Shown piece by piece: positions 28,001-43,000 of a stretch of 64,000 bases of DNA (within the stretch, counting starts at the first letter, position 1; each line of letters begins with the position of its first letter). The notes below the pieces were generated by a model, which was given only the letters and a program-made list of their open reading frames with translations, was not told where the DNA came from and ran no database searches. The stretch comes from Nemertoderma westbladi (lineage: Eukaryota; Animalia; Xenacoelomorpha), in the NCBI GenBank assembly GCA_032718475.1, contig JAUCBJ010008281.1:1-64000 (forward strand), written 5' to 3'. Position numbers and translations under genes: made by a program.

Positions 28001-31000
28001 CGATGAATGCGATAGTGGTACAAACAATTGCCACAATAATGCCATCTGTACAAATGATGATGGTGGATTCACATGTGATTGCATTTCAGGCTATTCTGGA
28101 GATGGTGTATCATGCACTGGTAAGTTAATCACATAATAATTTATATCAATAAAAAATGTGCAAGTCAATGTCCATTGAGTTTGAAATATATATAAATTAA
28201 TGAGAAAAATTTATATTTTCATTTAAATTAGATGACGATGAATGCGATAGTGGTACAAACAATTGCCACAATAATGCCATCTGTACAAATGATGATGGTG
28301 GATTCACATGTGATTGCATTTCAGGCCATTCTGGAGATGGTGTATCATGCACTGGTAAGTTAATCACATAATAATTTATCAATAAAATATGTGTAAGTCA
28401 ATATCCATTGAGTTTGAAATATATATAAATTATTGAGAAAAATTTATATTTTCATTTAATTTAGACGATGATGAATGCGATAGTGGTACACACAATTGCC
28501 ACAATAATGCCATCTGTACAAATGATGATGGTGGATTCACATGTGATTGCATTTTAGGCTATTCTGGAGATGGTGTATCATGCACTGGTAAGTTAATCAC
28601 ATAATAATTTATATCAATAAAAAATGTGCAAGTCAATGTCCATTGAGTTTGAAATATATATAAATTAATGAGAAAAATTTATATTTTCATTTAAATTAGA
28701 TGATGATGAATGCGATAGCGGTACACACAATTGCCACAATAATGCCATCTGTACAAATGATGATGGTGGATTCACATGTGATTGCATTTCAGGCTATTCT
28801 GGAGATGGTGAATCATGCACTGGTAAGTTATTCACATAATAATTTATATCCAATAAAAAATGTGCAAGTCAATATCCATTGAGTTTGAAATATATATAAA
28901 TTAATGAGAAAAATTTATATTTTCATTTAAATTAGATGATGATGAATGCGATAGCGGTACACACAATTGCCACAATAATGCCATCTGTACGAATGATGAT
29001 GGTGGATTCACATGTGATTGCATTTTAGGCTATTCTGGAGATGGTGTATCATGCACTGGTAAGTTAATCACATCATAATTTATATCAATAAAAAATGTGC
29101 AAGTCAATGTCCATTGAGTTTGAAGTATATATAAATTAATGAGAAAAATTATATTTTCATTTAAATTAGATGACGATGAATGCGATAGCGGTACACACAA
29201 TTGCCACAATAATGCCATCTGTACAAATGATGATGGTGGATTCACATGTGATTGCATTTTAGGCTATTCTGGAGATGGTGTATCATGCACTGGTAAGTTA
29301 ATCACATAATAATTTATCAATAAATTATGTGTAAGTCAATATCCATTGAGTTTGAAATATATATAAATTATTGAGAATAATTTATATTTTCGTTAAATTA
29401 GATGATGATGAATGCGATAGTGATACACACAATTGCCACAATAATGCCATCTGTACAAATGATGATGGTGGATTTACATGTGATTGCATTTTAGGCTATT
29501 CTGGAGATGGTGTATCATGCACTGGTAAGTTAATCACATCATAATTTATATCAATAAAAAATGTGCAAGTCAATGTCCATTGAGTTTGAAATATATATAA
29601 CTTAATGAGAAAAATTTATATTTTCATTTAAATTAGATGATGATGAATGTGATAGCGGTACACACAATTGCCACAATAATGCCATTTGTACAAATGATGA
29701 TGGTGGATTCACATGTGATTGCATTTCAGGCTATTCTGGAGATGGTGTATCATGCTCTGGTAAGTTAATCACATAATAATATATCAATAAAAAATGTGCA
29801 AGTCAATATCCATTGAGTTTGAAATATATATAAATTAATGAGAAAAATTATATTTTCATTTAAATTAGATGATGATGAATGCGATAGCGATACACACAAT
29901 TGCCACAATAATGCCAACTGTACAAATGATGATGGTGGATTCACATGTGATTGCATTCCAGGCTATTCTGGAGATGGTGTATCATGCACTGGTAAGTTAA
30001 TCACATAATAATTTATCAATAAATTATGTGTAAGTCAATATCCATTGAGTTTGAAATATATATCTATTATTGAGAATAATTTATATTTATTTTTCTTTTA
30101 AATTAGATGAAGATGAATGCGATAGTGGTACACACAATTGCCGCAATAATGCCATCTGTACAAATGATGATGGTGGATTCACATGTGATTGCATTTTAGG
30201 CTATTCTGGAGATGGTGTATCATGCACTGGTAAGTTAATCACAATATCATAATTTATATCAATAAAAAATGTGCAAGTCAATGTCCATTGAGTTTGAAGT
30301 ACATATAAATTAATGAGAAAAATTATATTTTCATTTAAATTAGATGATGATGAATGCGATAGCGGTACACACAATTGCCACAATAATGCCATCTGTACAA
30401 ATGATGATGGTGGATTCACATGTGATTGCATTTTAGGCTATTCTGGAGATGGTGTATCATGCTCTGGTAAGTTAATCACATAATAATATATCAATAAAAA
30501 ATGTGCAAGTCAATATCCATTGAGTTTGAAATATATATAAATTAATGAGAAAAATTATATTTTCATTTAAATTAGATGATGATGAATGCGATAGCGATAC
30601 ACACAATTGCCACAATAATGCCATCTGTACAAATGATGATGGTGGATTCACATGTGATTGCATTCCAGGCTATTCTGGAGATGGTGTATCATGCACTGGT
30701 AAGTTAATCACATAATAATTTATCAATAAATTATGTGTAAGTCAATATCCATTGAGTTTGAAATATATATCTATTATTGAGAATAATTTATATTTATTTT
30801 TCTTTTAAATTAGATGATGATGAATGCGATAGCGGTACACACAATTGCCACAATAATGCCATCTGTACAAATGATGATGGTGGATTCTCATGTGATTGCA
30901 TTTCAGGCTATTCTGGAGATGGTGTATCATGCACTGGTAAGTTAATCACATAATAATTTATCAATAAATTATGTGTAAGTCAATATCCATTGAGTTTGAA

Positions 31001-34000
31001 ATATATATCTATTATTGAGAATAATTTATATTTATTTTTCTTTTAAATTAGATGATGATGAATGCGATAGCGGTACACACAATTGCCACAATAATGCCAT
31101 CTGTACAAATGATGATGGTGGATTCTCATGTGATTGCATTTCAGGCTATTCTGGAGATGGTGTATCATGCACTGGTAAGTTAATCACATAATAATTTATC
31201 AATAAATTATGTGTAAGTCAATATCCATTGAGTTTGAAATATATATAAATTATTGAGAATAATTTATATTTTCGTTAAATTAGATGATGATGAATGCGAT
31301 AGTGGTACACACAACTGCCACAATAATGCCATCTGTACAAATGATGATGGTGGATTCTCATGTGATTGCATTTCAGGCTATTCTGGAGATGGTGTATCAT
31401 GCACTGGTAAGTTAATCACATAATAATTTATCAATAAATTATGTGTAAGTCAATATCCATTGAGTTTGAAATATATATAAATTAATGAGTAAAATGTATA
31501 TTTTCATTTAAATTAGATGATGATGAATGCGATAGTGGTACAAACAATTGCCACAATAATGCCATCTGTACAAATGATGATGGTGGATTCTCATGTGATT
31601 GCATTTCAGGCTATTCTGGAGATGGTGTATCATGCACTGGTAAGTTAATCACATAATAATTTACATCCAATAAAAAATTTGCAAGTCAATATCCATTGAG
31701 TTTGAAATATATATAAATTAATGAGAAAAAATTTATATTTTCATTTAAATTAGATGATGATGAATGCGATAGCGGTACACACAATTGCCACAATAATGCC
31801 ATCTGTACAAATGATGATGGTGGATTCACATGTGATTGCATTTTAGGCTATTCTGGAGATGGTGTATCATGCTCTGGTAAGTTAATCACATAATAATATA
31901 TCAATAAAAAATGTGCAAGTCAATATCCATTGAGTTTGAAATATATATAAATTAATGAGAAAAATTATATTTTCATTTAAATTAGATGATGATGAATGCG
32001 ATAGCGATACACACAATTGCCACAATAATGCCATCTGTACAAATGATGATGGTGGATTCACATGTGATTGCATTCCAGGCTATTCTGGAGATGGTGTATC
32101 ATGCACTGGTAAGTTAATCACATAATAATTTATCAATAAATTATGTGTAAGTCAATATCCATTGAGTTTGAAATATATATCTATTATTGAGAATAATTTA
32201 TATTTATTTTTCTTTTAAATTAGATGATGATGAATGCGATAGCGGTACACACAATTGCCACAATAATGCCATCTGTACAAATGATGATGGTGGATTCTCA
32301 TGTGATTGCATTTCAGGCTATTCTGGAGATGGTGTATCATGCACTGGTAAGTTAATCACAATATCATAATTTATATCAATAAAAAATGTGCAAGTCAATG
32401 TCCATTGAGTTTGAAGTACATATAAATTAATGAGAAAAATTATATTTTCATTTAAATTAGATGATGATGAATGCGATAGCGGTACACACAATTGCCACAA
32501 TAATGCCATCTGTACAAATGATGATGGTGGATTCACATGTGATTGCATTTTAGGCTATTCTGGAGATGGTGTATCATGCTCTGGTAAGTTAATCACATAA
32601 TAATATATCAATAAAAAATGTGCAAGTCAATATCCATTGAGTTTGAAATATATATAAATTAATGAGAAAAATTATATTTTCATTTAAATTAGATGATGAT
32701 GAATGCGATAGCGATACACACAATTGCCACAATAATGCCATCTGTACAAATGATGATGGTGGATTCACATGTGATTGCATTCCAGGCTATTCTGGAGATG
32801 GTGTATCATGCACTGGTAAGTTAATCACATAATAATTTATCAATAAATTATGTGTAAGTCAATATCCATTGAGTTTGAAATATATATCTATTATTGAGAA
32901 TAATTTATATTTATTTTTCTTTTAAATTAGATGATGATGAATGCGATAGCGGTACACACAATTGCCACAATAATGCCATCTGTACAAATGATGATGGTGG
33001 ATTCTCATGTGATTGCATTTCAGGCTATTCTGGAGATGGTGTATCATGCACTGGTAAGTTAATCACATAATAATTTATCAATAAATTATGTGTAAGTCAA
33101 TATCCATTGAGTTTGAAATATATATCTATTATTGAGAATAATTTATATTTATTTTTCTTTTAAATTAGATGATGATGAATGCGATAGCGGTACACACAAT
33201 TGCCACAATAATGCCATCTGTACAAATGATGATGGTGGATTCTCATGTGATTGCATTTCAGGCTATTCTGGAGATGGTGTATCATGCACTGGTAAGTTAA
33301 TCACATAATAATTTATCAATAAATTATGTGTAAGTCAATATCCATTGAGTTTGAAATATATATAAATTATTGAGAATAATTTATATTTTCGTTAAATTAG
33401 ATGATGATGAATGCGATAGTGGTACACACAACTGCCACAATAATGCCATCTGTACAAATGATGATGGTGGATTCTCATGTGATTGCATTTCAGGCTATTC
33501 TGGAGATGGTGTATCATGCACTGGTAAGTTAATCACATAATAATTTATCAATAAATTATGTGTAAGTCAATATCCATTGAGTTTGAAATATATATAAATT
33601 AATGAGTAAAATGTATATTTTCATTTAAATTAGATGATGATGAATGCGATAGTGGTACAAACAATTGCCACAATAATGCCATCTGTACAAATGATGATGG
33701 TGGATTCTCATGTGATTGCATTTCAGGCTATTCTGGAGATGGTGTATCATGCACTGGTAAGTTAATCACATAATAATTTACATCCAATAAAAAATTTGCA
33801 AGTCAATATCCATTGAGTTTGAAATATATATAAATTAATGAGAAAAAATTTATATTTTCATTTAAATTAGATGATGATGAATGCGATAGCGGTACACACA
33901 ATTGCCACAATAATGCCATCTGTACAAATGATGATGGTGGATTCTCATGTGATTGCATTTCAGGCTATTCTGGAGATGGTGTATCATGCACTGGTAAGTT

Positions 34001-37000
34001 AATCACATAATAATTTACATCCAATAAAAAATGTGCAAGTCAATATCCATTGAGTTTGAAATATATATAAATTATTGAGAATAATTTATATTTTCGTTAA
34101 ATTAGATGATGATGAATGCGATAGCGGTACACACAATTGCCACAATAATGCCATCTGTACAAATGATGATGGTGGATTCTCATGTGATTGCATTTCAGGC
34201 TATTCTGGAGATGGTGTATCATGCACTGGTAAGTTAATCACATAATAATTTATCAATAAATTATGTGTAAGTCAATATCCATTGAGTTTGAAATATATAT
34301 AAATTATTGAGAATAATTTATATTTTCGTTAAATTAGATGATGATGAATGCGATAGTGGTACACACAATTGCCACAGTAATGCCATCTGTACAAATGATG
34401 ATGGTGGATTCTCATGTGATTGCATTTCAGGCTATTCTGGAGATGGTGTATCATGCACTGGTAAGTTAATCACATAATAATTTATCAATAAATTATGTGT
34501 AAGTCAATATCCATTGAGTTTGAAATATATATAAATTAATGAGTAAAATGTATATTTTCATTTAAATTAGATGATGATGAATGCGATAGTGGTACAAACA
34601 ATTGCCACAATAATGCCATCTGTACAAATGATGATGGTGGATTCTCATGTGATTGCATTTCAGGCTATTCTGGAGATGGTGTATCATGCACTGGTAAGTT
34701 AATCACATAATAATTTACATCCAATAAAAAATGTGCAAGTCAATATCCATTGAGTTTGAAATATATATAAATTAATGAGAAAAAATTTATATTTTCATTT
34801 AAATTAGATGATGATGAATGCGATAGTGGTACACACAATTGCCACAGTAATGCCATCTGTACAAATAATGATGGTGGATTCACATGTGATTGCAATTCAG
34901 GCTATTCTGGAGATGGTGTATCATGCACTGGTAAGTTAATCACATATTAATTTATCAATAAATTATGTGTAAGTCAATATCCATTGAGTTTGAAATATAT
35001 ATAAATTAATGATGAAAAATTTATATTTTCATTTAAATTAGATGATGATGAATGCGATAGCGGTACACACAACTGCCACAATAATGCCAACTGTACAAAT
35101 AATGAGGGTGGATTCACATGTGATTGCATTACAGGCTATTCTGGAGATGGTGTATCATGCACTGGTAAGTTAATCACATAATAATTTATCAATAAATTGT
35201 ATGTAAGTCAATATCCATTGAGTTTGAAATATATATAAATTAATGAGAAAAATTATATTTTCATTTAAATTAGATGATGATGAATGCGATAGTGGTACAC
35301 ACAACTGCCACAATAATGCCATCTGTACAAATGATGATGGTGGATTCTCATGTGATTGCATTTCAGGCTATTCTGGAGATGGTGTATCATGCACTGGTAA
35401 GTTAATCACATAATAATTTATCAATAAATTATGTGTAAGTCAATATCCATTGAGTTTGAAATATATATAAATTAATGAGTAAAATGTATATTTTCATTTA
35501 AATTAGATGATGATGAATGCGATAGTGGTACAAACAATTGCCACAATAATGCCATCTGTACAAATGATGATGGTGGATTCTCATGTGATTGCATTTCAGG
35601 CTATTCTGGAGATGGTGTATCATGCACTGGTAAGTTAATCACATAATAATTTACATCCAATAAAAAATTTGCAAGTCAATATCCATTGAGTTTGAAATAT
35701 ATATAAATTAATGAGAAAAAATTTATATTTTCATTTAAATTAGATGATGATGAATGCGATAGCGGTACACACAATTGCCACAATAATGCCATCTGTACAA
35801 ATGATGATGGTGGATTCTCATGTGATTGCATTTCAGGCTATTCTGGAGATGGTGTATCATGCACTGGTAAGTTAATCACATAATAATTTACATCCAATAA
35901 AAAATGTGCAAGTCAATATCCATTGAGTTTGAAATATATATAAATTATTGAGAATAATTTATATTTTCGTTAAATTAGATGATGATGAATGCGATAGCGG
36001 TACACACAATTGCCACAATAATGCCATCTGTACAAATGATGATGGTGGATTCTCATGTGATTGCATTTCAGGCTATTCTGGAGATGGTGTATCATGCACT
36101 GGTAAGTTAATCACATAATAATTTATCAATAAATTATGTGTAAGTCAATATCCATTGAGTTTGAAATATATATAAATTATTGAGAATAATTTATATTTTC
36201 GTTAAATTAGATGATGATGAATGCGATAGTGGTACACACAATTGCCACAGTAATGCCATCTGTACAAATGATGATGGTGGATTCTCATGTGATTGCATTT
36301 CAGGCTATTCTGGAGATGGTGTATCATGCACTGGTAAGTTAATCACATAATAATTTATCAATAAATTATGTGTAAGTCAATATCCATTGAGTTTGAAATA
36401 TATATAAATTAATGAGTAAAATGTATATTTTCATTTAAATTAGATGATGATGAATGCGATAGTGGTACAAACAATTGCCACAATAATGCCATCTGTACAA
36501 ATGATGATGGTGGATTCTCATGTGATTGCATTTCAGGCTATTCTGGAGATGGTGTATCATGCACTGGTAAGTTAATCACATAATAATTTACATCCAATAA
36601 AAAATGTGCAAGTCAATATCCATTGAGTTTGAAATATATATAAATTAATGAGAAAAAATTTATATTTTCATTTAAATTAGATGATGATGAATGCGATAGT
36701 GGTACACACAATTGCCACAGTAATGCCATCTGTACAAATAATGATGGTGGATTCACATGTGATTGCAATTCAGGCTATTCTGGAGATGGTGTATCATGCA
36801 CTGGTAAGTTAATCACATATTAATTTATCAATAAATTATGTGTAAGTCAATATCCATTGAGTTTGAAATATATATAAATTAATGATGAAAAATTTATATT
36901 TTCATTTAAATTAGATGATGATGAATGCGATAGCGGTACACACAACTGCCACAATAATGCCAACTGTACAAATAATGAGGGTGGATTCACATGTGATTGC

Positions 37001-40000
37001 ATTACAGGCTATTCTGGAGATGGTGTATCATGCACTGGTAAGTTAATCACATAATAATTTATCAATAAATTGTATGTAAGTCAATATCCATTGAGTTTGA
37101 AATATATATAAATTAATGAGAAAAATTATATTTTCATTTAAATTAGATGATGATGAATGCGATAGTGGTACACACAACTGCCACAATAATGCCATCTGTA
37201 CAAATGATGATGGTGGATTCACATGTGATTGCATTTCAGGCTATTCTGGAGATGGTGTATCATGCACTGGTAAGTTAATCACATAATAATTTATCAATAA
37301 ATTGTATGTAAGTCAATATCCATTGAGTTTGAAATATATATAAATTAATGAGAAAAATTATATTTTCATTTAAATTAGATGATGATGAATGCGATAGTGG
37401 TACACACAATTGCCACAATAATGCCAACTGTACAAATGATGATGGTGGATTCACATGTGATTGCATTTTAGGCTATTCTGGAGATGGTGTATCATGCACT
37501 GGTAAGTTAATTAATCATATCATTATTTAAATCCAATAAAAAATGTGATAAGTCAAAACCCATTGGATTTGGGATTTATATGAATTAAAGGGTTATTTTT
37601 TTAACTTAACATTTATTTAGATGATGATGAATGTGATAGCGGTACACACAATTGCCACAATAATGCCATCTGTACAAATATTGCTGGTGGATTCAGTTGT
37701 GAATGTGATACAGGCTTTTCTGGAAATGGTGTATCTTGTGCTGGTGAGATAATCCCATATTGTTCTAAACCAAATAAGATTAATGAATAATAACATAATA
37801 ATAACATAATTACTCAAGTTCAAATGTGAAATGTAGATTAAATTGCGAACCAAAGATAACAATAATTTAGAGGTTTTCAATATCAATTATTCATCTTTTT
37901 TTTTCAGATCATGATGAATGCAGTTTAGATACGCACAACTGTCATGAAAATGCCAACTGCTCAAATACCTATGGTTGGTTCATGTGCTTTTGCATGTCTG
38001 GATATGAGGGGGATGGAATAAATAACTGTTCAGGTAGTACTCTATATTAGTACATTTTCAGCGATATTTATAATAATTTAAAAAATTAACCTTTATATTC
38101 AAAACAATAATATTTTTTTTAATTAAATTTAAATAAATATATTGTTTCATATGAATATAGTATAGAAAAAAAACAAATAAACATATTAAAGATAATAATA
38201 TGTTAATTAACATTCAAATAACATAGAACAACAAAAAAAATATTATTTGAAATATAATTATAAAGTTTGTAATGTTTGTTTTTTGTTTACTTTTTTAATT
38301 AATAAAGTAAAAGTAAATAAAAGTAAATTTTCTTCGGCCGCTAGGCCAGGTATTACGTACAAAGTCTGACGACTTATTTCCTGTGCGGTCCCCCCAGAAC
38401 TTTACTCCCCAGAGGAAACTCCAGTACTCATTAAGCTACTACTTAAGGATGCAAGGCAGAGATGCGCCCTGGCTGGTCCCTTTAAAGCATTCGTGCCGAA
38501 ACGAAAACTGCCCTTGCCCATGTGAGGATCGAACCCACGACCTACAGGAGATGTGAATTCAATGCAAACACTATACCTAGGTGGAACCTTAATAGTATTG
38601 TAGAAAGTTTATGAATATTTAATTCATTAGTCTGAATTCATGTTATTTGTATACAATATAATAGTATAAAATTATTAAAATGTGTTATAAGATATACATG
38701 CATAAAATGTGTTATAAGATATACATGCATAAAATGTGTTATAAGATATACATGCATACATGACTTGTTATTTAAGTTTATAATATTCATTTTTTATTCA
38801 CAATTGCAATACATTTATTTTTACATTCAATGTTGCAGATATTAATGAATGCATAACAAACATTAATAATTGCAACAATAATGCCAACTGTAAAAATACT
38901 GATGGTGGATTCACATGTAATTGCAATTTAGGCTATTCTGGAGATGGTGTATCATGCACTGGTAAGTTAATCACATAATAATTTATCACTAAATAATGTG
39001 CAAGTCAGTATCCATTGAGTTTGAAATATATATAAATTAATGAGAAAAATGTATATTTTCATTTAAATTAGATGATGATGAATGCGATAGCAGTACACAC
39101 AATTGCCACAATAACGCCATCTGTACAAATGATGATGGTGGATTCACATGTGATTGCATTTCAGGCTATTCTGGAGATGGTGTATCATGCACTGGTAAGT
39201 TAATCACATAATAATTTATATAAAAAAAAATGTGCAAATCAATATCCATTGAGTTTAAATATATATAAATTATTGAGAATAATTTATATTTTCGTTAAAT
39301 TAGATGATGATGAATGCGATAGTGATACACACAATTGCCACAATAATGCCATCTGTACAAATGATGATGGTGGATTTACATGTGATTGCATTTCAGGCTA
39401 TGCTGGAGATGGTGTATCATGCACTGGTAAGTTAATCACATCATAATTTATATCAATAAAAAATGTGCAAGTCAATGTCCATTGAGTTTGAAATATATAT
39501 AACTTAATGAGAAAAATTTATATTTTCATTTAAATTAGATGATGATGAATGTGATAGCGGTACACACAATTGCCACAATAATGCCATCTGTACAAATGAT
39601 GATGGTGGATTCTCATGTGATTGCATATCAGGCTATTCTGGAGATGGTGTATCATGCACTGGTAAGTTAATCACATAATAATTTATCAATAAATTATGTG
39701 TAAGTCAATATCCATTGAGTTTGAAATATATATAAATTATTGAGAATAATTTATATTTTCGTTAAATTAGATGATGATGAATGCGATAGTGATACAAACA
39801 ATTGCCACAATAATGCCATCTGTACAAATGATGATGGTGGATTTACATGTGATTGCATTTTAGGCTATTCTGGAGATGGTGTATCATGCACTGGTAAGTT
39901 AATCACATAATAATTTATCAATAAATTATGTGTAAGTCAATATCCATTGAGTTTGAAATATATATAAATTATTGAGAATAATTTATATTTTCGTTAAATT

Positions 40001-43000
40001 AGATGATGATGAATGCCATAGCGGTACACACAATTGCCACAATAATGCCATCTGTACAAATGATGATGGTGGATTTACATGTGATTGCATTTTAGGCTAT
40101 TCTGGAGATGGTGTATCATGCACTGGTAAGTTAATCACATCATAATTTATATCAATAAAAAATGTGCAAGTCAATGTCCATTGAGTTTGAAATATATATA
40201 AATTAATGAGAAAAATTATATTTTCATTTAAATTAGATGATGATGAATGCGATAGCGGTACACACAATTGCCACAATAATGCCATCTGTATAAATAATGA
40301 TGGTGGATTCACATGTGATTGCATTTCAGGCTATTCTGGAGATGGTGTATCATGCACTGGTAAGTTAATCACATATTAATTTACATCCAATAAAAAATGT
40401 GCAAGTCAATATCCATTGAGTTTGAAATATATATAAATTAATGAGATAAAATTTATATTTTCATTTAAATTAGATGATGATGAATGCGATAGCGGTACAC
40501 ACAATTGCCACAATAATGCCATCTGTACAAATGATGATGGTGGATTCACATGTGATTGCATTTCACACTATTCTGGAGATGGTGTATCATGCACTGGTCA
40601 GTTAATCACATAATAATTTATATCAATAAAAAATGTGCAAGTCAATGTCCATTGAGTTTGAAATATATATAAATTAATGATGAAAAATTTATATTTTCAT
40701 TTAAATTAGATGATGATGAATGCGATAGCGGTACACACAACTGCCACAATAATGCCAACTGTACAAATGATGATGGTGGATTCACATGTGATTGCATTAC
40801 AGGCTATTCTGGAGATGGTGTATCATGCACTGGTAAGTTAATCACATAATAATTTATCAATAAATTATGTGTAAGTCAATATCCATTGAGTTTGAAATAT
40901 ATATAAATTAATGAGATAAAATTTATATTTTCATTTAAATTAGATGACGATGAATGCGATAGCGGTACACACAATTGCCACAATAATGCCAACTGTACAA
41001 ATAATGATGGTGGATTCACATGTGATTGCATTTTAGGCTATTCTGGAGATGGTGTATCATGCACTGGTAAGTTAATCACATAATAATTTATATCCATAAA
41101 AAATGTGCAAGTCAATGTCCATTGAGTTTGAAATATATATAAATTAATGATGAAAAATTTATATTTTCATTTAAATTAGATGATGATGAATGCGATAGCG
41201 GTACACACAATTGCCACAATAATGCCAACTGTACAAATGATGAGGGTGGATTCACATGTGATTGCATTACAGGCTATTCTGGAGATGGTGTATCATGCAC
41301 TGGTAAGTTAATTAATCATATCATTATTTAAATCCAATAAAAAATGTGATAAGTCAAAACCCATTGCATTTGGGATTTATATGAATTAAAGGGTTATTTT
41401 TTTAACTTAACATTTATTTAGATGATGATGAATGTGATAGCGGTACACACAATTGCCACAATAATGCCATCTGTACAAATATTGCTGGTGGATTCAGTTG
41501 TGAATGTGATACAGGCTTTTCTGGAAATGGTGTATCATGTGCTGGTGAGATAATCCCATATTATTCTAAACCAAATAAGATTAATGAATAATAACATAAT
41601 AATAACATAATTACTCAAGTTCAAATGTGAAATGTAGATTAAATTGCGAACCAAAGATAACAATAATTTAGAGGTTTTCAATATCAATTATTCATCTTTT
41701 TTTTTTCAGATCATGATGAATGCAGTTTAGATACGCACAACTGTCATGAAAATGCCAACTGCTCAAATACCTATGGTTGGTTCATGTGCTTTTGCATGTC
41801 TGGATATGAGGGGGATGGAATAAATAACTGTTCAGGTAGTACTCTATATTAGTACATTTTCAGCGATATTTATAATAATTTAAAAAATTAACCTTTATAT
41901 TCAAAACAATAATATTTTTTTTTAATTAAATTTAAATAATTATATTGTTTCATATGAATATAGTATAGAAAAAAAACAAATAAACATATTAAAGATAATA
42001 ATATGTTAATTAACATTCAAATAACATAGAACAACAAAAAAAATATTATATGAAATATAATTATAAAGTTTGTAATGTTTGTTTTTTGTTTACTTTTTTA
42101 ATTAATAAAGTAAAAGTAAATAAAAGTAAATTTTCTTCGGCCGCTAGGCCAGGTATTACGTACAAAGTCTGATGACTTATTTCCTGTGCGGTCCCCCCAG
42201 AACTTTACTCCCCAGAGGAAACTCCAGTACTCATTAAGCTACCACTTAAGGATGCAAGGCAGAGATGCGCCCTGGCTGGTCCCTTTAAAGCATTCGTGCC
42301 GAAACGAAAACTGCCCTGGCCCATGTGAGGATCGAACCCACGACCTACAGGAGATGTGAATTCAATGCAAACACTATACCTAGGTGGAACCTTAATAGTA
42401 TTGTAAAAAGTTTATGAATATTTAATTCATTAGTCTGAATTCATGTTATTTGTATACAATATAATAGTATAAAATTATTAAAATGTGTTATAAGATATAC
42501 ATGCATAAAATGTGTTATAAGATATACATGCATAAAATGTGTTATAAGATATACATGCATAAAATGTGTTATAAGATATACATGCATACATGACTTGTTA
42601 TTTAAGTTTATAATATTCATATTTTATTCACAATTGCAATACATTTATTTTTACATTCAATGTTGCAGATATTAATGAATGCATAACAAACATTAATAAT
42701 TGCAACAATAATGCCAACTGTACAAATACTGATGGTGGATTCACATGTGATTGCAATTTAGGCTATTCTGGAGATGGTGTATCATGCACTGGTAAGTTAA
42801 TCACATAATAATTTATCACTAAATAATGTGCAAGTCAGTATCCATTGAGTTGGAAATATATATAAATTAATGAGTAAAAATTATATTTTCATTTAAATTA
42901 GATGATGATGAATGTGATGGTGGTACACACAATTGCCACAACAATGCCATTTGTACAAATGATGATGGTGGATTCACATGTGATTGCAATTCAGGCTATT

